Assembly (NCBI GenBank): GCA_963822445.1
Contig: CAWGHO010000003.1
Location: 320,001 to 384,000, forward strand
DNA from: an uncultured Acidobacteriota bacterium
Lineage (GTDB): Bacteria; Acidobacteriota; Thermoanaerobaculia; Gp7-AA8
DNA: 64,000 bases
Direction: 5' to 3'
A model generated the notes under the pieces. The model did not search any database. It saw only the letters and a program-made list of their open reading frames with translations, and was not told the origin of the DNA. Made by a program: the position numbers and the translations under genes. Shown here piece by piece: positions 48,857-57,858 of this stretch; position 1 is the stretch's first letter, and the number at the start of each line of letters is the position of its first letter.

Positions 48857-49756
48857 CTAGGCCAGAAGGCGTGCGAACGCGTCGCGTTTCGAATCAGCCC
48901 ACTGCTCGAACGTCTGCATCGCGGGATACAGCGCGCGGCTCTGCTCGACGTCCGCCGCACGCGTCGGGATGAAGCGGCGGTTGAAATCGAACATGTCCGC
49001 GAGATCGTCCGCACCGCGGAATCCGAACGACGCGAAGACTTCGCGGGGGATGTAGTTGTACTGAACGTTCTTGCCGGAAACGCGCGACATGACCGCGGCG
49101 TACTCCTCGCCGCGCAGGTCCTCGCCGACGATGCCCACGGTCTTGCCGATGAACTCCGCCGGCTTGGCGAAAATCGACGCGACCACGCCGCCGATGTCTT
49201 CCGCGGCCACGCCGGCCAGCGGCGTTTCGCCCTGCGGGAAGCCGAAGTGATACGCGCCGTCTTCGCCCTTCTGCGGCGGGAAGAAGCTGAAGAAGTTGTC
49301 GTAGTAGAAGGCGACGTGCACGAAGGTCGAGGGGATGCCCAGGCTCTTCGTGTACTCCTCGAGCGCGTGCTTCTGATCGAAGTGCGGCGAATTCAGCTCG
49401 CCGTTGCTGGGCTTCCTCACCGAGGGGAGGGAGCTGAAGACGAAGTGCTCGACGCTCGCGCCGGCAACGGCGTTGATCAGATTGCGGCCCTGCTCGAGCT
49501 CTTTCTCGAAATGCTCCCAGTAGTTCGTGACGCCGAAGACGCCGTAGACGTCTTTCATCGCCGCGCGCAGCGACGCGCGATCGTCGAGCGTGCCCTGCAC
49601 GACTTCCGCGCCCAGCGCGCGCAGCTTCTGCGCGGATTCCGATTCGGTGTTGCGGGTGAGCGCGCGAACGGCGAACTCACCACGTGACAGCAGGTGCCGC
49701 GCGACACCGCCGCCCTGCGCTCCAGTGGCTCCGACGACGAGAATGATTTTCTTCAT
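48857..49756 (-). CDS. NmrA/HSCARG family protein
   Basis: VVGATGAQGGGV...VRALTRN...GVFGVTNYWE...PHFDQK. Confidence 0.88.
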   Translation of the reverse strand: MKKIILVVGATGAQGGGVARHLLSRGEFAVRALTRNTESESAQKLRALGAEVVQGTLDDRASLRAAMKDVYGVFGVTNYWEHFEKELEQGRNLINAVAGASVEHFVFSSLPSVRKPSNGELNSPHFDQKHALEEYTKSLGIPSTFVHVAFYYDNFFSFFPPQKGEDGAYHFGFPQGETPLAGVAAEDIGGVVASIFAKPAEFIGKTVGIVGEDLRGEEYAAVMSRVSGKNVQYNYIPREVFASFGFRGADDLADMFDFNRRFIPTRAADVEQSRALYPAMQTFEQWADSKRDAFARLLA

Positions 49757-49776
49757 GATGGTTATGGCCTCCGATT

Positions 49777-50805
49777 TCAAGAAAGTGGGACGTAGCCGTT
49801 CTGCTCGACCACGCGAATGCTCGACTCACAGCGAAGCGCCGCGATCTGCGCCTGCGTCAGGTTCTCCACGTAGAACACGCCGAACGCGTAGACGCTCTTC
49901 GCTTCGAAACCGTGCTTGTTCTCGAGCTCTTCAGTCGTGGAGTACGGCTCGACACCGGGTTTGAAGATGATCGAGTAACCGGCGGCGGGCAGCGCGGCGA
50001 GACTCAGCGTTGCGGCGGTGGAGCACTGCGGCTGGACGATGTCGTTCGAGTGGTCGATCTCCGTCGCGACGCCGGTGACGAAATCGGCGTCACCGCTGTC
50101 GCTGCGCACGATCGACGCGTAGGGATAGACGCCGTGCGACGAGCGAACCTGAATCGTCGCACCGTCGAGCGGTCCGGTCTGGAAGTGGCTGAAGACGTCG
50201 TTGAGGCGCAGGACCTGATACGCGCCCACTTCCGTCGAGAAACTGCCGCTGAATTCACCGTCGACGTCGAAAATGCTGATCGTGACGCCGGCCGGTTTGT
50301 CGCCGGGATTAGCGATGCCGACGTTCGTGCGGTTGCCGTCCACGCCGGAGAGTCCGGTGAGGACCGCTTCGCGACTGAGCTTCGTGAACGGCATCGCCGG
50401 CACGGTCTGGCCGTACTGGCCAGGATCGGAGCCGGCGTTGTAGATGCGGGCGCGGGCGGTGATCTTCGCGTCGGGTTCCGACGAGGTGATCAGAAGGAGT
50501 CCGGTCGCCTGCTGTTTGCCGAACGAGGAACTGATGACGTCGGCCATCACTCGCGATTCGCGCGGCCAGAGGTTGGCGATGACCGGGCTGGTGACATAGC
50601 CGTCGACGATCAGAAAGATCTGCACGCTCACCGGCTCGCCCTGTCGCGCGGCGTTCGTCACGACGAGGTCCGTTCTCCACTGCGATCCGTTCACGCCGGG
50701 CGTACGGCCGGTGATCGGGATCAGCAGGTGATGGCCGGCGAAATCGGTGGCCGTCGCCGGCAAGGCGATGAGTGCGAGGACTGCGATCAAGAGAAGTCGT
50801 TTCAT
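49777..50805 (-). CDS. secreted hypothetical protein (GxNGSxWRTDL domain)
   Basis: Signal peptide MKRLLLIAVLALIALPA; IPITGRTPGVNGSQWRTDLVVTN...RIYN...GQTVP...RTNVGIAN. Confidence 0.7.
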   Translation of the reverse strand: MKRLLLIAVLALIALPATATDFAGHHLLIPITGRTPGVNGSQWRTDLVVTNAARQGEPVSVQIFLIVDGYVTSPVIANLWPRESRVMADVISSSFGKQQATGLLLITSSEPDAKITARARIYNAGSDPGQYGQTVPAMPFTKLSREAVLTGLSGVDGNRTNVGIANPGDKPAGVTISIFDVDGEFSGSFSTEVGAYQVLRLNDVFSHFQTGPLDGATIQVRSSHGVYPYASIVRSDSGDADFVTGVATEIDHSNDIVQPQCSTAATLSLAALPAAGYSIIFKPGVEPYSTTEELENKHGFEAKSVYAFGVFYVENLTQAQIAALRCESSIRVVEQNGYVPLS

Positions 50806-50819
50806 GGTCGGATCCTTTT

Positions 50820-51413
50820 TCAGCTCGCTGGAATTGCGGCCGGCGGCGCGGCGGCGATGATCGGATCGGGGACTTCGTTTCGGACCGGCTTGACGGTGCG
50901 CAGGTAGGCGAAGATCGCCTTGAGGTCCTCGTCGTTGAGGTGATTGAGGTTTTCCCACGGCATCGGCGGGAGGATCGGACGCGACACGCCCATGTGCCGC
51001 CCCGTGCGCATGGTCTTGATGAACATCTCCTCGGTCCAGATGCCGAGGCCGGAGACCTGGTCGGGCGTGAGATTGCGGCCGTAGCTGACGCCCCACGGAC
51101 CGGCGAAGGCGGTGTTGGTGCCGGCGCCGCTCCAGACCCACGGCCCATCCATCTTCGGAGGGGTGGGCATGACCAGATTGGCGGGATGGCCGGAGAGCGC
51201 GCGGCTCATGTCCGGCGCGGGACCGTTCGGACCCATGGTCCAGGGGGTGTGGCAGTGATGGCAGCCGCCGAAGTTGACCAGGTACTCACCCCGCTCGACA
51301 CGCTGCGCGGCGGCGTTCTGCTGCTGCGCGGGTTTGGCGCTCATGTCCTCCGTACAGGCGGTGACGAGCGGCACGGCGATGATGAGGACGACCAGGGCGA
51401 TGACAGGTTTCAT
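50820..51413 (-). CDS. c-type cytochrome lipoprotein
   Basis: Lipobox VTAC; RGEYLV..GCHHCHTP heme motif; NLTPD..G.G.W; PPMPW. Confidence 0.85.
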   Translation of the reverse strand: MKPVIALVVLIIAVPLVTACTEDMSAKPAQQQNAAAQRVERGEYLVNFGGCHHCHTPWTMGPNGPAPDMSRALSGHPANLVMPTPPKMDGPWVWSGAGTNTAFAGPWGVSYGRNLTPDQVSGLGIWTEEMFIKTMRTGRHMGVSRPILPPMPWENLNHLNDEDLKAIFAYLRTVKPVRNEVPDPIIAAAPPAAIPAS

Positions 51414-51438
51414 GACTTCCTCCCTTACTTCGCGGCGA

Positions 51439-51482
51439 AGGTTACGAATCGCGTCTTACGGGGTGCTTACGGGGGTGCTTAC
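51439..51482 (-). promoter_or_regulatory. phased direct repeats upstream of a -10 element (putative activator site)
   Basis: CTTAC at 51455, 51466 and 51478 (11-12 bp phasing); TAACCT on the minus strand at 51444-51439. Confidence 0.45.
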
Positions 51483-51486
51483 TCGC

Positions 51487-51578
51487 GGGGTTCCGGGGTT
51501 GCGGGGTTTCGGGGTTGCGAGGGTAACGGCGGCTCGGTCCTCCCTCGTAACCCCGTAACCTCCGAGACCTCGTAACCT
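51487..51578. repeat. inverted array of 8-9 bp tandem repeats
   Basis: GGGGTTCC/GGGGTTGC/GGGGTTTC/GGGGTTGC facing CTCGTAAC/CCCGTAAC/CTCCGAGAC/CTCGTAAC. Confidence 0.65.
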
Positions 51579-51601
51579 ACAATTGCGTGCGGAGGTGAGG
51601 C

Positions 51602-52021
51602 ATGAATTCTCCGAGGGAAGTGGCGCGCAGGTGGTTTGAAGAGGCCTGGAATCAGAGGAAGAACGACACCATCACTGAATTGATGGCCGAGGACGCGGCC
51701 GGGCATGTGGAGGGTGGGGAGTTGCGCGGGCCGGCGCAGTTTTCCGAGATGCGCGCGACGTTCCTGGGCGCGTTTCCCGACCTGAAAATCACAGTGGAGG
51801 ACATCGCCGAGGATGGGGAGAACGCGATCGTGCGCTGGCGGTTCGCCGGGTCGCACACCGGAGACGCGGAAGGTCTCGGGCTGAAGGCAACGAATGCCGA
51901 GGTGACGGCGCGCGGCATTACGTGGCTGATCATCCGCAACGGCCAGATCGTGGAAGGCTGGGACGCCTGGAACCTCGGCCAGATGATGAACACGCTGCAG
52001 ACCGCCGCCGCGCAGACGTGA
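51602..52021 (+). CDS. SnoaL-like ester cyclase
   Basis: RWFEEAWNQ...AFPDLKITVEDI..G....VRW...GSHTG...GQIVEGW. Confidence 0.88.
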   Translation: MNSPREVARRWFEEAWNQRKNDTITELMAEDAAGHVEGGELRGPAQFSEMRATFLGAFPDLKITVEDIAEDGENAIVRWRFAGSHTGDAEGLGLKATNAEVTARGITWLIIRNGQIVEGWDAWNLGQMMNTLQTAAAQT

Positions 52022-52095
52022 TGTCCAGGTGCCCCGAGGTTCTAAGCGATTCGAGGAGCTGGGGATTTTTGGGGAGATTGGGGAGGCGTTGGTAG

Positions 52096-52512
52096 ATGGA
52101 TGATCTTTCACGCAGTGGTCCGTGGCAGCCATCGAGACCGGCGACGATCGCAATCGGTTTACTCAGCGTCTGGCCATTCCTCTACATGGGCCTGTTCTTC
52201 GCTGCGTTCGCGTACATGTGGTACTCGACGCCGCATCGAGGGCAAAGCGGCGAACCGGTGATCTTCAAGTACATCTTCGCCCTGCACTGTCTGACGATCC
52301 TGCTGATGTTCGTACTCATCGGCATCTACGTATTCCACGCGTACAAGACCGATCGAATTGCAAACGACAAGAAGGTGCTCTGGGTGGTGATCCTCTTTCT
52401 CGGCAACCTGATGGCGTTTCCAATCTACTGGTACCTCTACATGTGGACGCCCGTATCGCAAACCGGCAACGTCTCGAGCCCACCAGTGTCGCCAGACGGC
52501 TCGGCGGGTTGA
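52096..52512 (+). CDS. membrane protein (PLDc_N-like C-terminus)
   Basis: Three TM segments; DKKVLWVVILFLGN..AFPIYWY. Confidence 0.7.
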   Translation: MDDLSRSGPWQPSRPATIAIGLLSVWPFLYMGLFFAAFAYMWYSTPHRGQSGEPVIFKYIFALHCLTILLMFVLIGIYVFHAYKTDRIANDKKVLWVVILFLGNLMAFPIYWYLYMWTPVSQTGNVSSPPVSPDGSAG

Positions 52513-52883
52513 GTGCGGCGCGGGTGGGCGGCAGGCTGTTTGTCGGTCTCAGCGGGTGAAGCCAGCGTTTCATCATTGCTCGGCGTCACGGCGGTAGTAA
52601 ATCGTGCCTGAATATTGAGTTAGTTAGCTGCACGCAAACCACGTCTTCCGTGAACTCGCGGTCGAAGGAACGGTCCGAGAACCAAGAGCTGCGCTGGATG
52701 CATCACGTCATTCCCGCGTTGGAATTCTGTCGAGGAGGCGTGACATCATGACCACACGTTGGATGTTCCTGAACCGGCGACGTCCGGCACGGCATGCCCG
52801 GAACGGATCGATCAGAGCCGCACGCTCTCTCGGAGCACACATCTCGTTCCGTCTGTCTCGGGTCTCGCGTAAACTGCTCACCT

Positions 52884-53171
52884 GTGAAGTTTGAATGGGA
52901 TCCGGAGAAGGCGAACGCTAACGTGGAGAAGCACGGCGTTACCTTCGAAGAAGCATCAACGGCCTTCGCGGATTGGGACTCAATGACCGTACCCGACCCC
53001 GAACATTCGATCGCTGAGGAGCGATGGTATCTGCTTGGCGTCTCTGAGAAGGGTAACCTCTTGGTTGTCTGTCACACGGAGCGCGGCGAAAGATTTCGGA
53101 TCTTCAGTGCGTGGAATGCCAACAAGCGTCAACGGAAACAATATGAAGACCAGTTCGAAGAAAAGCGCTAA
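52884..53171 (+). CDS. brnT: BrnT family toxin
   Basis: FEWDPEKANANVEKHGVTFEEA..F.D...DPEHS..EERW..G...LLVVCHTER...RIFSA; TAAACT just upstream. Confidence 0.9.
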   Translation: MKFEWDPEKANANVEKHGVTFEEASTAFADWDSMTVPDPEHSIAEERWYLLGVSEKGNLLVVCHTERGERFRIFSAWNANKRQRKQYEDQFEEKR

Positions 53172-53415
53172 ATCTGCCCGTTCGACTACGGTTCCTGACA
53201 TTGATTTCTCTGGTGGGGTCCGCGGTAAGTACGCCGCACGCTACGCAGAGAGTACAAATATCGTCGTGCTTTCGCCCGAAGTCGCCGAAGTGTTTCCTAA
53301 CTCGGAAGCTGTCAATGAGGCGTTGCGTACTCTTGTCCGGCTCTCCGGGAAGACACTACGAGCACCGGCAACACCCACGCCAAAAAGGCGGCGGCTAACT
53401 ACTGCCAGAAGCTGA
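53143..53415 (+). CDS. BrnA-like antitoxin
   Basis: DFSGGVRGKYA...VLSPEVAEVFPNSEAVNEALR; overlaps brnT. Confidence 0.8.
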   Translation: MKTSSKKSAKSARSTTVPDIDFSGGVRGKYAARYAESTNIVVLSPEVAEVFPNSEAVNEALRTLVRLSGKTLRAPATPTPKRRRLTTARS

Positions 53416-53468
53416 CACGGCCCGGCTTCGGGCCTTGGCCGTGCAACCTAGGCGATGGACGTTAGCCG
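53392..53468 (+). other. integron attC-like recombination site
   Basis: CGGCTAAC (53392-53399) and GTTAGCCG (53461-53468) are complementary R boxes; L-like AAGCTGAC; central stem CACGGCC...GGCCGTG; overlaps the antitoxin stop. Confidence 0.6.
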
Positions 53469-53577
53469 GACCCGCCGAGCGCAGCGTGACGATCGGACAT
53501 CTCGCAATGCGTTTCAGCATCGTTCGGGATTCCGCCCGGTGCGTGTCGCGATACCGCACGGGACGTAAAATCGCGAC

Positions 53578-54291
53578 ATGACGCCGATCCTTGCCCTCAT
53601 CCTCGTCGCCACGAGCATCACCGGACGTTATGAAACGTCCAATGCCACGCTCGAACTGCACATCGGCCATGATGGGCAATTGCGCGGACATCTCATCGAC
53701 GAGGCGGGCGTGGCCGCTCTCGACCCGATTCGCGTCGACGGGCAGCAACTGATCGCGACTGCGAGACGTGAGGACGACAGTCGGGCGGAGTTGAAGGCGG
53801 AGGTCCGCAGCGACGGATCGATCCTTATCGGCACGAAAACCTTCAAGAGGAAAGCGGTTGAGCGGCCTGCTACGCCTGCGGTTCGGCGAGCGATTTTCGC
53901 CGCGTACGAGAAGCTGGCGGAAGCCGTGAACGAGAAGGACTTCGACGCGTTCCAGGCTCTTCGCACGAACGAATTCGCCACAATTCCGCCCGAGGGACCA
54001 CCGCGGGACGCAGAATTCATGGCGACGCGCGCACGCGGACTGCTCGCGGGGATTCAGCCACCAGTCAAGGCTCGAAATGACATTCTCACCTTGACCATGC
54101 GCGGCGAGGAGGCCATTGCCACCGTGCGACAGCATTTCTCGCGAAGACAACCGAATCCGCAAGGCGTGCTCCGCCGGGTGGAAACATCCGTCACTCAGCG
54201 TGAGACGTGGAGGCGCATGCCCGACGGCTGGAAGCTCATCTTCGTCGACGAAGTACGCGACCACGCGCGCTGGGCGGAAGACGAGAACTGA
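53578..54291 (+). CDS. secreted protein with NTF2/DUF4440-like domain
   Basis: AIFAAYEKL..A...KDFDA...RETWRR.PDGWKL; TAAAAT 6 nt upstream. Confidence 0.7.
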   Translation: MTPILALILVATSITGRYETSNATLELHIGHDGQLRGHLIDEAGVAALDPIRVDGQQLIATARREDDSRAELKAEVRSDGSILIGTKTFKRKAVERPATPAVRRAIFAAYEKLAEAVNEKDFDAFQALRTNEFATIPPEGPPRDAEFMATRARGLLAGIQPPVKARNDILTLTMRGEEAIATVRQHFSRRQPNPQGVLRRVETSVTQRETWRRMPDGWKLIFVDEVRDHARWAEDEN

Positions 54292-54334
54292 TAGTCGCGC
54301 ATCGCGCATGAGCGTTGAGCGTACGATAGCGCTG

Positions 54335-55312
54335 ATGAAGCACACGCTGGCCTCGCTTCTCCTGTTACTCACCTTCAATTCCAACGCGGACACGCTCTTC
54401 GTCGTCAACAAGCGTGATGCCACGCTCGTGCTCGTCGACCCGGCGGCAATGAAGGCCATCGGACGAATCGCGACTGGGGAGGCGCCGCACGAAGTGGCTG
54501 TATCAGACGACGGGAAGATTGCGGTGGTTTGCAACTATGGGACAGAAGAAAATCCCGGCTCGTCGCTTACGGTCGTCGACGTGAGTGCCAAGCGAGAGTT
54601 GCGGCGGTTTGCCCTGCCCGGACTGATCCGGCCGCATGGTATCCAGGCAATCGGTTCAAGGTTCTACCTCACGGCCGAGGGAAGCCTCGCGGTGGCGCGC
54701 TACGACGTCGCGTCGAATCGAATCGACTGGATCGCCGGCACGGGGCAGGACATGACTCACATGCTGGTCGTAACTCGCAACGAGAAGAAGATCTACACCT
54801 CGAACGTGGCCAGCAGCAGCGTCAGTGTAATGAACCTCACGAACGCGCCAGGGTACGTTGCTCTGAAGCAGATTGCCGTCGGAAGAGGCCCCGAAGGAAT
54901 CGACCTCGCTCCCGACGGCTCGGCGGTGTGGGTTACCGGAGTCGCCAGGCGAGGCGAGCCGGCCGTGATCAGCGTGATCGATCCGAAGAGCGGCAGCATC
55001 CTGCGATCGATTCCAACCAAGATGAAACTGGCGAACCGGTTGAAATTTACGCCCGATGGCACGCACGTAGCGGTTTCCGATCCGGGGACGAACCAGATCT
55101 CTATCTTCGACGCCGCTACCGGAAATGTCATAAAGGAGATTGCGACTGCCCCCGGACCGGCCGGTATCCTGTTTACACCGGACGGCAAACGACTCTTCGT
55201 TGCCTGTGCCGACGCGGGCAAGGTGCAGGTGATCGACACGGCGACGTGGAACGTCGCTGGAGAAGTCGTGACGGGGGCGGAGCCGGACGGGATGGCCTAC
55301 GCCCCGAGGTAA
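54335..55312 (+). CDS. YVTN/YncE-type beta-propeller protein
   Basis: Signal peptide; repeats TGEAPHEVAVS.DG, VGRGPEGIDL.PDG, FTPDG, TGAEPDGMAY. Confidence 0.85.
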   Translation: MKHTLASLLLLLTFNSNADTLFVVNKRDATLVLVDPAAMKAIGRIATGEAPHEVAVSDDGKIAVVCNYGTEENPGSSLTVVDVSAKRELRRFALPGLIRPHGIQAIGSRFYLTAEGSLAVARYDVASNRIDWIAGTGQDMTHMLVVTRNEKKIYTSNVASSSVSVMNLTNAPGYVALKQIAVGRGPEGIDLAPDGSAVWVTGVARRGEPAVISVIDPKSGSILRSIPTKMKLANRLKFTPDGTHVAVSDPGTNQISIFDAATGNVIKEIATAPGPAGILFTPDGKRLFVACADAGKVQVIDTATWNVAGEVVTGAEPDGMAYAPR

Positions 55313-55321
55313 GCCTGCCCG

Positions 55322-55843
55322 ATGAACCGCCGGGCTGAATCGAAGATGCTTCCCGACATCATCGACGACTATCGTGACTACACGCCGCCCTCCTGGGTGC
55401 GCGAAACGGTCATTCGTCTCCTTGAAAATCTCGATCCCGGCCATGTCGGGGGCCTGCAGTCCATTGTGCTCACGAATTCAGCGCGTCTGGGAAAGGGCAA
55501 GACCAATCGCGTGCGGGGGCGGAAATACCGCGAGCGGGATTGTCGCGGCTTCTATCATCACGCCGGCCGGAGTGGTGGGGCCTGGATCCAACTCGTGGTG
55601 GACAACATCGTTCGCCACCGGCGGCCGCGCTTGAAATTCATGCAGGACGTGATCGTCGGCCGGACGTTGTTCCATGAAATCGGGCATCATCTCCACGAAA
55701 CGATCGGTTCGGCAAAGAGGGGTGGCGAGGAGTCGGCCGACGATTGGAGCCATCGTCTGATGGACGTTTTCATACGCAGGCGTCATCGATGGCTCACGGT
55801 TCTGGCCAGGGTCATCGGATTCTTCAAACGCGAGAAACCATGA
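55322..55843 (+). CDS. hypothetical protein with HExxH motif
   Basis: TLFHEIGHH...EESAD; coupled to the next gene. Confidence 0.6.
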   Translation: MNRRAESKMLPDIIDDYRDYTPPSWVRETVIRLLENLDPGHVGGLQSIVLTNSARLGKGKTNRVRGRKYRERDCRGFYHHAGRSGGAWIQLVVDNIVRHRRPRLKFMQDVIVGRTLFHEIGHHLHETIGSAKRGGEESADDWSHRLMDVFIRRRHRWLTVLARVIGFFKREKP

Positions 55844-56250
55844 AAGAGACATTTCCCGGCGCCATCCCGGAGATCCCGGTGAGCGACCTCAAAACGGCGC
55901 TGGACTACTACGCCAACCGCCTCGGCTTCAGCATCGATTGGGGCGATCGGGGTGGAGGCGGCATTGCCGGTATCTCCAAAGGCGACTGCCGCATGTTTCT
56001 GACCGACGCCGCTTTCCGCGAAAATTACGGCAACCGTGGCCCGGTGCTGGTCTGGCTGAATCTCGACAACAAAGAAGAGGTGGACGCGCTCCACGAGCTC
56101 TGGCGAGGGAGTCAGGTCAGGATCATTTCGCCGCCGGAATCCAAGCCCTGGGGATTGCATGAGTTCACTGCCTCCGATCCGGATGGCAATCTGTTGCGCG
56201 TCTTCTATGACTTTGCCACTCCGGAGCATGAAGCTCTCCATTCGTCATGA
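55840..56250 (+). CDS. VOC/glyoxalase (bleomycin-resistance-like) protein
   Basis: IPVSDL..ALDYY..RLGF...KPWGLHEF...DPDGNLL. Confidence 0.85.
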   Translation: MKETFPGAIPEIPVSDLKTALDYYANRLGFSIDWGDRGGGGIAGISKGDCRMFLTDAAFRENYGNRGPVLVWLNLDNKEEVDALHELWRGSQVRIISPPESKPWGLHEFTASDPDGNLLRVFYDFATPEHEALHSS

Positions 56251-57215
56251 AAGCGATCGTCCAGGACCGCTACGGCTCGCCGGACGTCCTCGAGCTTCGC
56301 GACATCGAAACCCCCACTATCGATGATCGGGGAATCCTCGTTCGGATCCACGCCGCGTCCGTAAACGCTTTGGATTGGCACATTACCCGTGGCATGCCCT
56401 ACGTCGTGCGGATGGCAGGAGGCTTACGGCGGCCCGATGACACCACCAGAGGCGTCGATCTCGCGGGGCGGGTCGAGGCCGTCGGAAAAAATGTCACGCG
56501 GTTCAAAGTCGGGGACGACGTCTTCGGCGGAACCAACGGCAGTTTTGCCGAGTACACGGTCACCACCGAAGACCGTTTAGCGTTGAAGCCATCCGGCATT
56601 TCGTATGAGCAGGCAGCCGCGCTTCACGTCGCGGGGCTCACAGCGCTCCAGGGATTGCGGGACCAAGCGAAACTCCAGCGTGGCCAGAATGTTCTGATCA
56701 ACGGCGCCGGCGGCGGCGTGGGTACGTTCGCGGTGCAGATTGCGAAGTGGCTCGGCGCGCATGTCACGGCCGTGACCCGCACGGAAAGCGTCGATCTCGT
56801 CCGCTCGATCGGCGCGGACGCCGTCGTCGATCACCAGCGCGAAGACTTCACCGAGCGGAGCGACCGCTACGACGTTCTGTTCGATATCGGCGGCAATCGC
56901 CCGTTTGCGCAATGCCGGCGGGTGATGACCCGCAACGGAACGCTGGTCGTCGTGGGCGGGCCGCCGGGCCGATGGCTGGCGCCCGCGACGCGTCTGCTGA
57001 AGGCGATCGTCCTTTCACCCTTCGTATCCCAGCGGCTGGTGCCGTTCATCTCGAAGAACGACGCTGCCGGGCTGGCGCTTCTGGGCCAGCTCGCGGAAAC
57101 CGGAACCATTACTCCCGTCATCGACCGTCATTACCCGCTGAGAGACGTGCCGGAAGCCATCCGCTATGTAGGCACGGGTCGCGCGCGCGGCAAGGTCACA
57201 ATCAGAATCGAGTGA
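56247..57215 (+). CDS. NAD(P)-dependent MDR oxidoreductase (quinone reductase-like)
   Basis: MKAIVQDRYGSPDVL; ASVNALD; VLINGAGGGVGTFAVQ; GRARGKV. Confidence 0.9.
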   Translation: MKAIVQDRYGSPDVLELRDIETPTIDDRGILVRIHAASVNALDWHITRGMPYVVRMAGGLRRPDDTTRGVDLAGRVEAVGKNVTRFKVGDDVFGGTNGSFAEYTVTTEDRLALKPSGISYEQAAALHVAGLTALQGLRDQAKLQRGQNVLINGAGGGVGTFAVQIAKWLGAHVTAVTRTESVDLVRSIGADAVVDHQREDFTERSDRYDVLFDIGGNRPFAQCRRVMTRNGTLVVVGGPPGRWLAPATRLLKAIVLSPFVSQRLVPFISKNDAAGLALLGQLAETGTITPVIDRHYPLRDVPEAIRYVGTGRARGKVTIRIE

Positions 57216-57218
57216 GAT

Positions 57219-57518
57219 ATGGCAGACGCAAACAGCAAGACTCTGGACAAGCCGCAGCGGCGAAGTGTTCGCTGGACCTCTTTCGTCGCCAGCGCGCGAC
57301 GCGGAAGAGCGGTCCGTGGATTGGAGGAAGAAGGAAATCCTCGCCATCGCGTTCGCGTCGAGCACAACAAAGACACGCTCCTGGTCCACATCGCCGGCGA
57401 GGGTGGTCGCGGATGGACCACGCTCGCCATCGACAGGGCTACCCGCGAGTGGTCGATCGTCCAGCGCGATCGCCAGTCGGACGCGGCCAGCGCGGCGTAC
57501 GGCAATCTTTATCGATGA
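57219..57518 (+). CDS. hypothetical protein
   Basis: In operon order; host-like codon usage. Confidence 0.55.
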   Translation: MADANSKTLDKPQRRSVRWTSFVASARRGRAVRGLEEEGNPRHRVRVEHNKDTLLVHIAGEGGRGWTTLAIDRATREWSIVQRDRQSDAASAAYGNLYR

Positions 57519-57585
57519 GGTTCACGCTCCCACCCGCGCCGCCGCGGCGTTGGCGGCGGGATGGATCGCCTAAAATACCGGCACC

Positions 57586-57858
57586 ATGAAAGAGACGACT
57601 CGGTTCGCCCTCGGCGTCGGCGCCGGATTGGTTGGCTTGGTGGCTCTCTTCACGGAGAGGGAGCTTTCGTTCCTCTGGTTCTCGGCGTTCGCGCTTTCCA
57701 TCGCTCTCACAGCGCCGCAGCGCGAGCAGGACGCCCCCGCCAATCAGGACAGGGCAGTCACGATCATCATCGTCGTTCTGCTCGCCGCATTCGGCGCTGC
57801 GTTACTCCTTCTCTTGCTGGCGCCGTCTGTTCTGGACAATATCCACCGCTTTATCTAG
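57586..57858 (+). CDS. small membrane protein
   Basis: Hydrophobic segments; TAAAAT upstream. Confidence 0.5.
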   Translation: MKETTRFALGVGAGLVGLVALFTERELSFLWFSAFALSIALTAPQREQDAPANQDRAVTIIIVVLLAAFGAALLLLLLAPSVLDNIHRFI

